Below are positions 1 through 8,909 of a DNA stretch of 64,000 bases, piece by piece (the stretch's first letter is position 1; every line of letters starts with the position of its first letter). Made by a program: the position numbers and the translations under genes. The notes beneath the pieces are model-generated. The model was not told the origin of the DNA. It was given only the letters and a program-made list of their open reading frames with translations, and ran no database searches. The stretch is from positions 3,797 through 67,796 of the forward strand of contig JAGTQE010000004.1 of the NCBI GenBank assembly GCA_018396635.1, given 5' to 3'. The DNA comes from Candidatus Bathyarchaeota archaeon. Lineage in GTDB: Archaea > Thermoproteota > Bathyarchaeia > Bathyarchaeales > DTEX01.

Positions 1-1
1 T

Positions 2-712
2 CATGGCTTCGTCTGGAGGGATAAGCCAGCCGGTTCAATAGGAGACATGGGATGCTTCAGCTTCCAGCAGGGTAAGTTTATGACTGCCGGCGAAGGAGGC
101 ATAATAATTACTAACGATGAGACTTACGCCTACAGATGCTATGCGATAAAGGATTGCGGTCGGTTGAGGGCGGGAGGCATACCCGGAGAAGGCATAAAGC
201 CCCATGAAGTGTTAAACTGGTATAATTATAGGATGACTCAAATTCAGGCAGCCATACTCCTAGTTCAGCTTGAGAGGCTCTGGGAGCAGGTTAATGTTAG
301 GCAGAGGAACCAAGTCTATTTAGATAAGAGGCTTAGGGAGATCGATGGCATAGAGCCAGTTAAGGTGGATGAGAGGCTTACAAAGCATCAGCCCTGGCCA
401 TACTGCTTTAAATACGATTCGAAATCATTTGGTGGGGTTTCACGAGACAAGTTTATTATGGCCTTGAGGGCTGAAGGCATACCATGCGGTAAGCCCCACC
501 CGCCATTACACGTAGCCCTACACTTCCCGAAGTGGAGCGAAGCCTACAAACGTTATGTTGAGTCTAAGCCTAGCTATCCGATCTCTGAGAAGGCATATTA
601 TGAGGAGGCTGTTGAGCTACCCCAATACCTATTCCTTGGGACAAGTGAAGACATTGACGATATAGTCGAAGCAATCCTGAAGATAAAGAGACATATCGAT
701 GAGATCGCTTAA
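2..712 (+). CDS. DegT/DnrJ/EryC1/StrS-family PLP-dependent sugar aminotransferase, C-terminal part (5' end lies outside the window)
   Basis: The frame is open from nt 2 (HGFVWRDKPAGSIGDMGCFSFQQGKFMTAGEGG...). FSFxxxK followed by GEGG is the PLP-lysine region typical of this family. Stop at 710-712. Confidence 0.75.
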   Translation, partial: HGFVWRDKPAGSIGDMGCFSFQQGKFMTAGEGGIIITNDETYAYRCYAIKDCGRLRAGGIPGEGIKPHEVLNWYNYRMTQIQAAILLVQLERLWEQVNVRQRNQVYLDKRLREIDGIEPVKVDERLTKHQPWPYCFKYDSKSFGGVSRDKFIMALRAEGIPCGKPHPPLHVALHFPKWSEAYKRYVESKPSYPISEKAYYEEAVELPQYLFLGTSEDIDDIVEAILKIKRHIDEIA

Positions 713-834
713 GCTCGCAGTTTGCTCTATTTTTTGCTGATAAGTAAAGGTTTTGTTTTGAATTTAATGCAGCAAATCTAAGTATACCCTCTCCCTCTCT
801 AGAAGCTCCAACATCACATGGAAAAATAGGTTGG

Positions 835-969
835 TGGCGGGCCCGCTGGGATTTGAACCCAGGATCTCCGGCTTTCATCAGCGCCCTGATTTTTATGGGC
901 TTTAGAAGGCCGACGCGTTATCCATGCTACGCTTCCCGAATTGGGCTTTAGGCCCAATTTCACGGGCCC
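835..969 (-). tRNA. tRNA-Arg (anticodon UCU) with two introns and a genomically encoded CCA
   Basis: Manual fold of the reverse complement. Acceptor GGGCCCG (969-963) / CGGGCCC (845-839), discriminator G, CCA 837-835. D arm GCGU-AGCAUGGAUA-ACGC. Anticodon stem UCGGC/GCCGG with loop CUUCUA..A (U33, UCU, A37). Variable loop AGAUC. T arm CUGGG-UUCAAAU-CCCAG. Mature length is 75 nt. There is a 28-nt insert after nt 9 and a 29-nt insert at the canonical 37/38 site. Confidence 0.85.
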
Positions 970-991
970 ATCTCGCATCCCAGCGGCCCAT

Positions 992-1001
992 CTTATTTTT
1001 T
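992..1001 (-). promoter_or_regulatory. TATA-box-like element for the tRNA-Arg gene
   Basis: The minus-strand sequence AAAAAATAAG lies about 23-32 nt upstream of the tRNA 5' end (969), which is the spacing expected for archaeal TATA boxes. Confidence 0.4.
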
Positions 1002-1113
1002 GTAGTTGTAGGATTTAAACTTTGATGTGTCCCTGATATTTTCTGGGTATATATATGCGTATCGGGTAAGGTTTTAAATTCACTTTAAATTCTTCAGTTA
1101 TTGTGGATGGGGA

Positions 1114-1635
1114 ATGTGTATACTTGGCAGAGATGAGCTACTTAAGCTGATAGAGAAGTATAAGTGCATTTATCCATTTGACTTAAATCTCCTTGATGGC
1201 GATGGCTACGTTCTAACCGTTAAGGAGGAGACGACATTACAGTATCTTGAGCATAAGAATCTGATTTCTAACGAGATCGTGTTCACGCCGCCGAACATTG
1301 TTGCACATTTGACAGCGAAGAGCAAGTATGGTAGGATGGGGCTATCTTTCCTAAACGCTGCAAAGGTTCACAGCGGCTTCGTTGGTAGATTAGCGCTTGA
1401 GGTTGTCAACTTGAATAACGATAGGACTCCGATAACAATTAAGCGTGGAGACCCATTTATGCATATAGAGTTCATAACGAGGATAGGTGAGCCGTCGCCA
1501 TACATTGGCGAATATCAATTCCAATATATGACTGATGAGGAGATAAAGATGTATATTCCGATTTTAAGGGAAGTCTTCAAAAACTATGATGCGCTGGCTA
1601 AGATATGGTTTAGGAATAGGAGAATAGAATTTTAA
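1114..1635 (+). CDS. dcd: dCTP deaminase / dUTPase-fold protein
   Basis: 173 aa. GRLALEVVNLNNDRTPITIKRGDPFMHIEF resembles the C-terminal beta-barrel motif of the dCTP deaminase/dUTPase superfamily. A TTTAAA-type promoter element lies upstream. Confidence 0.65.
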   Translation: MCILGRDELLKLIEKYKCIYPFDLNLLDGDGYVLTVKEETTLQYLEHKNLISNEIVFTPPNIVAHLTAKSKYGRMGLSFLNAAKVHSGFVGRLALEVVNLNNDRTPITIKRGDPFMHIEFITRIGEPSPYIGEYQFQYMTDEEIKMYIPILREVFKNYDALAKIWFRNRRIEF

Positions 1636-1748
1636 TTAGTGGCAAAAATGTTTACTCTCTAGCCTAACGGAAGCGTTATTCCCAGCCTTCCATCTTCCTA
1701 ATAAGGTTTAAATATTTCTGTTCTTCTTAATGCTAAAAGGGACTTGCG

Positions 1749-2273
1749 ATGAAGGCTCGAAACTATCGTGAAGTTAAGGGTATGCCATATACGAGACATG
1801 AGTATATTCATGGAGCCCCTCAGCCTAAAATAACCAAGTTTACATTTGGGAAACCCTCAGAGAATTATACTTATCAAGTTTCATTGGTCTCGGAGGAAAG
1901 GGTTCAGATCAGACATAACGCCCTTGAGGCAGCTCGTATTGCAGCTAATAGGTACTTGCAGAAGATGTTAGGCGAAAGATTTTTCATGAGGGTCCTCATT
2001 TTTCCACATGTAGTTTTGAGGGAGAATAAAATGATATTTGGCGCGCATGCAGATAGGCTTCAGGAGGGCATGCGTAGGGCTTTTGGTAAGCCTATTGGTA
2101 GGGCTGCTCGTGTTGAGCCCAACCAAGAGATCATTATTGTTCAGGTTGATGAGAGCGGTTTGGAGGCTGCAAAAGAGGCTCTTAGGAGGGCCTCAGCCAA
2201 GTTGCCTACGCCATGCAGAATAATTGTTGAGAAAATATCGCCCCAAATGACTCAAGTTCAATCTAAATCATAG
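1749..2273 (+). CDS. rpl10e: 50S ribosomal protein uL16 (L10e)
   Basis: The N-terminus MKARNYREVKGMPYTRHEYIHGAPQPKITKF and the ...FPHVVLRENKM... segment are characteristic of archaeal/eukaryotic L10e. Confidence 0.9.
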   Translation: MKARNYREVKGMPYTRHEYIHGAPQPKITKFTFGKPSENYTYQVSLVSEERVQIRHNALEAARIAANRYLQKMLGERFFMRVLIFPHVVLRENKMIFGAHADRLQEGMRRAFGKPIGRAARVEPNQEIIIVQVDESGLEAAKEALRRASAKLPTPCRIIVEKISPQMTQVQSKS

Positions 2274-2292
2274 GATATGAAGGGTGAGGGAA

Positions 2293-4698
2293 ATGTCTGA
2301 GAAAAAGGGAAAATATGTACTATGGTTTGATGAAATAGGCATGGAGGACGTGCCGCTAGTCGGAGGCAAAAGCGCAAGCCTAGGTGAGATGACTAGGAGA
2401 ACCGGCGTCCCAGTGCCCTATGGATTCGCGACGACGGCGGAGGCATACAGATACTATATAAGGGCAAATAAGCTTGACGAGAAGATAGCTGAAATACTCA
2501 AGGATCTTAAGGATCCGAATGACACGCAGACCCTGCAGAGGGTCGGCGCTAGAATAAGGAGCCTAATAGCTTCTGCTGAAATGCCTAAAGATTTAGAGGA
2601 GGAGATCGTTAAGGCTTATGAGGAGCTGGCCAGAAGAATTGGTGAGAGGGATCCATTCGTAGCGGTCCGCAGCTCCGCCACAGCCGAGGACCTGCCGGAT
2701 GCCAGCTTCGCCGGCCAGCAGGAAACCTACCTTAATGTCCACACCGCTAAGGAGGTTGTTGAGAAGATAAAGCACTGCTATGCAAGCCTATTCACTGACA
2801 GAGCCATATTCTATAGGACTCAGAAGGGTTTTGACCACATGGCTGTGGCGCTTAGCGCAGTAGTGCAGTTAATGGTTTATAGTAAGGCTAGCGGAGTCGC
2901 ATTCACGCTCGACGTAGCCACTGGCGACAGGAGCGTTGTTCTGATAGAGGCTGGCTACGGTTTAGGAGAGTATGTGGTTCAGGGGAAGATAACGCCAGAC
3001 GAATATTACGTGAGGAAGTCGGACTTAGAGATCGTGAAGAAGACTGTCTCTAGAAAGACTGTTCAGCTAGTTAGGTCTCCAACGGGTGGAACAGTAGAGA
3101 TGCCAGTTCCACCTGAGCTGCAAGATAAGCAGGTTCTGACAGATGAGCAGATCAAGGAGCTAGCGAGATACGCTATAGAGATAGAGAGACATTACGGTAA
3201 GCCGATGGATATCGAGTGGGCTCTCGATGAGAGAACAAACAAGCTATTCATACTGCAGGCCAGGCCTGAAACGGTCTGGGCCCTTAAGAAGGCTGAGGTT
3301 GTTGAGGAGAAGCCGCCTGTAACCAAGGAGCGGAAGATCCTGGTTCAAGGCTTACCTGCCTCACCGGGCATAGCTATTGGGAAAGTTCACATTATACCGA
3401 CGGTCGACAGGATCAATGAGTTCCAGAAGGGTGAGATACTCGTCACAGAAATGACTGCGCCAGACTGGGTTCCTGCGATGCGTAAGGCTGCAGCCATAAT
3501 AACCAATTCGGGCGGAATGACATGCCACGCCGCAATAGTCTCTAGGGAGCTTGGCATACCATGCATCGTTGGGACCGCTTCACGCGGTACACCCGCAACA
3601 GAGGTCCTTAAAGATGGCATGATGGTGACTGTTGACGCCAAGACGGGCGTTGTATATGAGGGTGTTGTTGAGGACCTCGTTGAGAAGGTTGCTGAAAAGG
3701 TTGAGGCTAAGCCTACAGCAGTCGTCGCGGCTGAGCCTTACATAGTTACTGGAACGAAGATATATGTTAATCTCGGCGAGCCGGAGCTCGCTGAGAAGGT
3801 TGCTGCCCTACCAGCCGATGGCGTTGGATTGCTTAGGCAGGAGTTTGTCTGGTCGAGTGAGATAGGTGAGCATCCGCTCTACATGATTGAGACTGGCAGG
3901 GCTGAGGAGTTCGTTAATAAGCTCGCTGAGGCATTCCGCAAGATCTGCGCAGCATTCTATCCAAGACCCGTTGTTATGCGCTTCAGCGACTTCAAGTCCT
4001 CAGAGTATAGGGAACTTAAGGGCGGAGAGAAATACGAGCCCGTTGAGCCCTCGGCGCTATTGGGCTGGAGGGGAGCTTCAAGATACTATGATCCAAAGTA
4101 TATTGAGGCATTCAAGCTCGAGATCAAAGCCGTCAAGAAGGTTAGGGAGGAGTACGGCCTTAAGAACCTATGGGTCATGATACCATTCTGTAGGCGCGTC
4201 GATGAGCTGGAGAAGATTATTAAGATAATGGAGGAGGAGGGGCTGCGCAGAGGACCGGACTTTAAGGTCTGGCTTATGGCTGAGATACCGAGCAACTGTC
4301 TGCTGGCAGATAAATTCAATAAGTATATTGATGGCTATAGCATCGGAAGCAATGATTTGACGATGACGATTCTAGGCTGCGATAGAGACAATGAGACTGT
4401 CGCGCACCTCTTCGATGAAAGGGACCTAGCAGTTAAGAGGGCTATCCGGCTGCTCATTAAACTGGCCCATCGCGACGGTAAGACAGTCAGTATATGTGGG
4501 CAGGCTCCAAGCGTCTATCCAGAGTTCACAGAGTTCCTTGTTAGAAGTGGAATAGACAGCATATCAGTTAACCCAGATGTTGTTGTACAGACAAGGAAGC
4601 TAGTAGCATCGATTGAGCAGCGCATATTGATTGAGAAGGCAACCGGCAAGGGAATACATGAAGACCCAGACCTCGATATTCCTCTAGATAACGAGTAG
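2293..4698 (+). CDS. ppsA: Phosphoenolpyruvate synthase (pyruvate, water dikinase)
   Basis: About 800 aa with all three expected domains. ATP-grasp N-terminal domain (VPLVGGKSASLGEM). Phosphohistidine swivel domain (GGMTCHAAIVSRELGIPCIVG). C-terminal PEP-utilising TIM barrel (GSNDLTMTILG). ATG 2293 is preceded by the SD-like GGTGAGGG; GTG 2284 is an alternative start. Confidence 0.92.
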   Translation: MSEKKGKYVLWFDEIGMEDVPLVGGKSASLGEMTRRTGVPVPYGFATTAEAYRYYIRANKLDEKIAEILKDLKDPNDTQTLQRVGARIRSLIASAEMPKDLEEEIVKAYEELARRIGERDPFVAVRSSATAEDLPDASFAGQQETYLNVHTAKEVVEKIKHCYASLFTDRAIFYRTQKGFDHMAVALSAVVQLMVYSKASGVAFTLDVATGDRSVVLIEAGYGLGEYVVQGKITPDEYYVRKSDLEIVKKTVSRKTVQLVRSPTGGTVEMPVPPELQDKQVLTDEQIKELARYAIEIERHYGKPMDIEWALDERTNKLFILQARPETVWALKKAEVVEEKPPVTKERKILVQGLPASPGIAIGKVHIIPTVDRINEFQKGEILVTEMTAPDWVPAMRKAAAIITNSGGMTCHAAIVSRELGIPCIVGTASRGTPATEVLKDGMMVTVDAKTGVVYEGVVEDLVEKVAEKVEAKPTAVVAAEPYIVTGTKIYVNLGEPELAEKVAALPADGVGLLRQEFVWSSEIGEHPLYMIETGRAEEFVNKLAEAFRKICAAFYPRPVVMRFSDFKSSEYRELKGGEKYEPVEPSALLGWRGASRYYDPKYIEAFKLEIKAVKKVREEYGLKNLWVMIPFCRRVDELEKIIKIMEEEGLRRGPDFKVWLMAEIPSNCLLADKFNKYIDGYSIGSNDLTMTILGCDRDNETVAHLFDERDLAVKRAIRLLIKLAHRDGKTVSICGQAPSVYPEFTEFLVRSGIDSISVNPDVVVQTRKLVASIEQRILIEKATGKGIHEDPDLDIPLDNE

Positions 4699-4737
4699 CC
4701 CTGAATAATCTTATTAAATCCTCCCCTATTTTTTATT

Positions 4738-5754
4738 TTGGTTGAATTGTCAACGTTATTTGATTTAGAGGAGAGAAGGGTAAGGGACGAAATCGTTAAG
4801 CGCGGTGTAAGTAGGGTTCTAATTCAGCTGCCTGAGGGGCTTAGGTCTGAAGCCGTGCGTATTTCATCTATTGTGGAGGAGGCGGGGGCGCTGGCGATAG
4901 TCTCAGCTGACCCGTGCTATGGGGCATGCGACTTAGCATTAAACGAGGCTCTAATCTTGTCAGCCGACCTCATAATCCACTATGGGCACTCAGAGTTGGA
5001 GCGCCTTAAGTGGCGGGTTAATGTACCAGTAATATACATTGAGGCTAAGGCGAACATTGATATTAAAAGCCTTGTTGAGGAGGCCATACGACAGCTCAGC
5101 CCCTGGGAGAAGATTGGCTTAGCGACAGTCGTCCAACACACGCACATCCTAAGCGATGTGGAAGAGACGCTTAAGAGGGCTGGTAAAAAGGTTTATGTGG
5201 GAAGCGAAGCAGGCTTAAAGTATCCGGGCCAGGTGCTCGGATGCGACTATCGAAACGCTAAGGCTATCTCAAAGCACGTTGAGGCATTCCTATTCATCGG
5301 TGGAGGATTATTCCACGCCACTGGACTATACTTGGCCACAATGAAGCCTGTCATCGCAGTTGATCCGTTTGAGAGAAAAGTTTATAGGGTTGATGATGAG
5401 GCTAAACGCATAATTAATAGGCGGTGGATGAGCATATCTGAAGCCTCCGATGCGAGAACATGGGGCGTGATTATAGGCCTTAAGATTGGTCAGATGGACT
5501 TTGAAACTTCGCTTAAAGTTAAAAGGGATATAGAGGGTGCTGGTAGGAGGGCGGTGCTGCTGGCAATGAGGGAGGTCACACCAGAGATCCTAATGAACTT
5601 CCCAACGATAGAAGCATACGTTAACACGGCGTGTCCAAGGATCTCACTCTACGAAGCCCAAAAATTCCATAGGCCAGTTCTAACCCCTAAAGAGTTATAT
5701 GTTGCCATTGGGAGAGTATCGTGGGAGGAATACCTTCAGTCCGGTTTACTTTAG
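4738..5754 (+). CDS. dph2: Diphthamide biosynthesis protein Dph2 (2-(3-amino-3-carboxypropyl)histidine synthase)
   Basis: 338 aa. LQLPEGL-type N-terminus (VLIQLPEGLRSEA), ...SADPCYGACDL... and C-terminal ...VNTACPRIS... match the Dph2 pattern. The archaeal Dph2 / methylase / Csl4 / RpoL gene order is conserved. Confidence 0.85.
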   Translation: MVELSTLFDLEERRVRDEIVKRGVSRVLIQLPEGLRSEAVRISSIVEEAGALAIVSADPCYGACDLALNEALILSADLIIHYGHSELERLKWRVNVPVIYIEAKANIDIKSLVEEAIRQLSPWEKIGLATVVQHTHILSDVEETLKRAGKKVYVGSEAGLKYPGQVLGCDYRNAKAISKHVEAFLFIGGGLFHATGLYLATMKPVIAVDPFERKVYRVDDEAKRIINRRWMSISEASDARTWGVIIGLKIGQMDFETSLKVKRDIEGAGRRAVLLAMREVTPEILMNFPTIEAYVNTACPRISLYEAQKFHRPVLTPKELYVAIGRVSWEEYLQSGLL

Positions 5755-5770
5755 GCCTTGGATTGTAAGG

Positions 5771-6412
5771 GTGCCCCCATTGCTGAGGAGAAAGCACCTC
5801 GCCCTCCTATTATCACAGATAGAGCCTCCGCCAAAACCAAAACTGAAGTGGGAAAGCTATATGCTTGACGCTGAAAGCGCAGCGAACATTGTTTACACGG
5901 CGGAGTGGATATATGGGGACATATGTGGCAAAAGAGTTATTGATTTAGGTTGCGGATCCGGGATCCTCTCCATTGCTGCAGCAATACTTGGCGCTGAATG
6001 GGTTGTTGGAGTTGATATAGATAGGGACGCCATAATGGCCGCTGTTAAGAATTCTGAAAAAGTTGGGGCTGAGGTCGACTTTATAATAGGCGATATAGAT
6101 TGCGTTAGCGGCCACTTTCACACAACGCTAATGAATCCGCCATTTGGAAGCTGGCATAAGGGGGCGGATGTGAGGTTTCTAGAAAAGGCCCTTAAGATAT
6201 CAGACATCATATATTCCCTCCATAAGAGAAGCCCGCTCGTCAGAGAGTTTCTGAGTAGGCGTATCCCGCAGTTAGGCGGCCTAATAGACCATATCTATGA
6301 GGTGGACATAATCATAAACCGAACCTACGAATTCCATAGAAAGAGGCGTTATATCGTTAAGGCTGACTTATACAGAATCCTCCGCTTAAGGGAGGGGGAG
6401 AAGAAAGAATAG
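5771..6412 (+). CDS. Class I SAM-dependent N6-type (NPPF) methyltransferase, COG2263/METTL5-like predicted RNA methylase
   Basis: VIDLGCGSGILS (SAM motif I) and TTLMNPPFG (motif IV). The track ORF starts at 5699 inside dph2. The in-frame GTG 5771 (or TTG 5780) just after the dph2 stop is the more plausible start. Confidence 0.75.
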   Translation: MPPLLRRKHLALLLSQIEPPPKPKLKWESYMLDAESAANIVYTAEWIYGDICGKRVIDLGCGSGILSIAAAILGAEWVVGVDIDRDAIMAAVKNSEKVGAEVDFIIGDIDCVSGHFHTTLMNPPFGSWHKGADVRFLEKALKISDIIYSLHKRSPLVREFLSRRIPQLGGLIDHIYEVDIIINRTYEFHRKRRYIVKADLYRILRLREGEKKE

Positions 6413-6472
6413 CAAAACTAATATTGCCCTTCATCCCGGTAATTTTAGAGCAAAGATAAGCGGTATGTAGAT

Positions 6473-7060
6473 ATGGTGGAAAAGAAGAGCGGGATGTTTG
6501 TGGTTCCGGGAGAAAGGATCGGCGTTATAGAGGAGTTCATTCCTGATAGAGGAACCTATGTTGAAAATGGAGTGATATATGCTAGCAACGTAGGATACCT
6601 GCTAATAGATCAAGTCAGCAGGAAGGTCTCAGTCCACCCTGTGACACGCGAGGCCTGTGTTCCAAGGGTTGGAAGCATAGTCGTAGGACATGTTGTCAAC
6701 GTTCAGAGCGCTATGGCCTTTATACGCATAATAAAGGTTGGAAAGAGATTTCTTTCAGGCTTCTTTACAGGTGTGCTACATATATCGGATATAGAGGAGA
6801 AGTTTACTGAAGATATCTTTGACGCAATTAAGCTTGGCGACCTCGTGCGGGCTAAAGTCATAAGTGAGGCCAATAGAACCTATCATCTAACCACGAGGGG
6901 CGAGAGGTTAGGTGTAATATTTGCGCTATGCTCCAAATGTGGCGGAGTGTTAAAGCTTAGGGGGAAGAGCAAAAAGGAAGGCAAAAACTTATATTGCGAA
7001 GACTGCGGAAATATTGAGTCCAGGAAAATAGCATCTGATTACGGTCTAGGAAACCTGTAG
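6473..7060 (+). CDS. csl4: Exosome complex RNA-binding subunit Csl4
   Basis: N-terminal VVPGERIGVIEEF, a central S1 domain, and a C-terminal zinc ribbon (CSKCGG...CEDCG). It lies adjacent to rpoL, as in other archaea. Confidence 0.85.
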   Translation: MVEKKSGMFVVPGERIGVIEEFIPDRGTYVENGVIYASNVGYLLIDQVSRKVSVHPVTREACVPRVGSIVVGHVVNVQSAMAFIRIIKVGKRFLSGFFTGVLHISDIEEKFTEDIFDAIKLGDLVRAKVISEANRTYHLTTRGERLGVIFALCSKCGGVLKLRGKSKKEGKNLYCEDCGNIESRKIASDYGLGNL

Positions 7061-7068
7061 GGGGATTA

Positions 7069-7356
7069 TTGGGGATGCAGTTAACAGTATTAGAGAGGGG
7101 GCCGAACAAAATAGTTATTGAGGTTGATGGGGAGGGGCATACTTTATGCAATCTCCTAGAGGCAGTTCTCTTAGAGGATGATGATGTGGAGATAGCCAGC
7201 TACAACATATCACATCCACTGGTCTCTAAGCCAATAATAACGGTTAAGACAAGGGGGAATAAGAGCCCGGAGGCCGCTTTAAAGGAGGCCGTTAAGAAGA
7301 TCCTTGAGAGGGGAAGTCTCCTAAGGAAGGAGTTTGAGAAAGCCTTTAAAGGCTGA
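7069..7356 (+). CDS. rpoL: DNA-directed RNA polymerase subunit L (Rpo11)
   Basis: 95 aa. ...IEVDGEGHTLCNLLEAVLLEDDDVEIASYNISHPL... is the RpoL/Rpb11 signature. Confidence 0.88.
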   Translation: MGMQLTVLERGPNKIVIEVDGEGHTLCNLLEAVLLEDDDVEIASYNISHPLVSKPIITVKTRGNKSPEAALKEAVKKILERGSLLRKEFEKAFKG

Positions 7357-7368
7357 GTTAAATCGCCC

Positions 7369-7788
7369 CTAAGGGATCTTAATCCTCTCTAATATCAACT
7401 TCAATATCGCGCTTATATTGTCCACTAGATCACCTTCTTTAGTCAATATGCTGACTGTTTCTTCAATAGATATTGCGCCTGAAAGCCAGCCGAAAATCAT
7501 AAGAGCCTCAGTAGCATCAGCCTGCTTATGTTTATCCGTCCTTTGAGGTAGCAGAGCTCTTATTCCAGCCCTCTTTAAAGCTAAGGAGAGGGTATTGCTA
7601 TCGAGTTTACGTCCAATAGGCTTACCGGCAACCTTAGATAATGCCAGCGAATAAACAAAGTTGATGTAGGCATCTCCTAGTGAGGCTAAATCCTTATCGC
7701 TTAAAATATCTAGGAGCCTAGAATACTTCTTTATAAATGGAAAATGCTCCCTCAAATCTCCTTCAGCCAACCAATGTTCACCAAACAA
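7369..7788 (-). CDS. RNase III-like domain protein (mini-RNase-III-like)
   Basis: LASLGDAYINFVYSLAL and KQADATEALMIFGW resemble the two RNase III catalytic motifs (xLGDA and DxxEAL). The first ~42 codons of the track ORF (up to 7914) are low complexity and antisense to sua5. An in-frame TTG at 7788 is a more plausible start, but this is uncertain. Confidence 0.5.
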   Translation of the reverse strand: MFGEHWLAEGDLREHFPFIKKYSRLLDILSDKDLASLGDAYINFVYSLALSKVAGKPIGRKLDSNTLSLALKRAGIRALLPQRTDKHKQADATEALMIFGWLSGAISIEETVSILTKEGDLVDNISAILKLILERIKIP

Positions 7789-7835
7789 AATATTAAGAAA
7801 GGTCTTAGCTGTTAATACTTTTTGAAGGATTAAAG

Positions 7836-8909
7836 ATGTCGGCGATAAAGAAGACGATTGTCTTAAAGGTTGATTGTGAGAATCCTGAGAGAGAGAAGAT
7901 AACGTTGGCTGCAAATGTGATACGTGAAGGAGGCTTGGTAGCTTTTCCCACGGAGACGGTTTATGGATTGGGTGCGGATGCGCTAAACCCAGAAGCCGTC
8001 AGGAACATTTACCTAGTTAAAATGCGGCCCCCAGATAACCCAATAATAGTTCATGTTGCGAGGAAGGAGGATGTTTATAGGCTAGCTGCCGAGGTCCCGG
8101 AAAGTGCGGAAAAACTCATGAGTAGGTTCTGGCCGGGCCCATTAACTTTAGTCCTTAGGGCTTCGGATATTGTTCCCAGAGTGACAACTGGTGGATTAGA
8201 TACCGTAGCTATAAGGATGCCTAGACATAAGGTTGCCCTGGCCCTAATAGAGGCTTCTGGAACACCTATAGCTGCTCCAAGCGCCAACCTGGCGGGTAGG
8301 CCGAGCCCAACAATAGCTGAGCATGTGATTCAGGATCTCTATGGCAAAATAGATATTATACTTGACGCCGGACCAACAAATATAGGCGTTGAATCAACAG
8401 TTTTGGATTTGACGTCTAATCCTCCGCAGATCCTTAGGCCAGGCGGGCTAACATATGAGGAGCTGAGAAAAGTTTTAGGCAGGGTAAGCATACACCCGGC
8501 AGCGGTCTCAAAGAAGGAGTTTCACATTAAACATGCACGTTCACCTGGGCTTAAACATAAGCACTACGCACCGAGGGCTGAGATGATAGTTGTTGAAGGA
8601 GAATTTAATGCTATTATCAGAAAGGTTGCCGAATTGGCGGAGAAATATCTCGGGGATGGTAAAAAGGTCGGCATCCTCGCCACAGATGAAAGTATACGAA
8701 GATATAATATTGGGATAGTGAAGTCTATGGGGAGCCGCTCAAACCTATCATCAATAGCGAAAAATCTATTCAGATTGCTTAGAGAGCTCGATGATGAGGG
8801 GGTCGATGTAATAATTGCTGAGGGCGTTCCGCAGAAAGGTTTAGGGTTAGCAGTAATGAATAGGCTTAGGAGGGCGGCTGGCTACAATATTATTGAGGCT
8901 GGCAGCTAA
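7836..8909 (+). CDS. sua5: L-threonylcarbamoyladenylate synthase Sua5/TsaC (YrdC domain plus Sua5 C-terminal domain)
   Basis: ...[14 protein letters not shown]..., ...[15 protein letters not shown]..., and a C-terminal Sua5 domain. 357 aa. Confidence 0.9.
   Translation: MSAIKKTIVLKVDCENPEREKITLAANVIREGGLVAFPTETVYGLGADALNPEAVRNIYLVKMRPPDNPIIVHVARKEDVYRLAAEVPESAEKLMSRFWPGPLTLVLRASDIVPRVTTGGLDTVAIRMPRHKVALALIEASGTPIAAPSANLAGRPSPTIAEHVIQDLYGKIDIILDAGPTNIGVESTVLDLTSNPPQILRPGGLTYEELRKVLGRVSIHPAAVSKKEFHIKHARSPGLKHKHYAPRAEMIVVEGEFNAIIRKVAELAEKYLGDGKKVGILATDESIRRYNIGIVKSMGSRSNLSSIAKNLFRLLRELDDEGVDVIIAEGVPQKGLGLAVMNRLRRAAGYNIIEAGS

Noticed and set aside
570-878. 102-aa minus-strand ORF spanning the aminotransferase 3' end and the tRNA 3' half
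   Set aside because: It overlaps both a confident CDS and the tRNA-Arg gene, so it is a spurious ORF.
5699-5770. N-terminal extensions of track ORFs into upstream genes (5699-5770; 18206-18250; 48243-48365; 49786-49893; 56848-56967; 27818-27838; 63342-63377)
   Set aside because: In each case the extension overlaps the preceding gene or has non-protein-like composition. An internal ATG/GTG/TTG gives the family-typical N-terminus, and the starts were adjusted accordingly. The carA and methylase starts remain uncertain.
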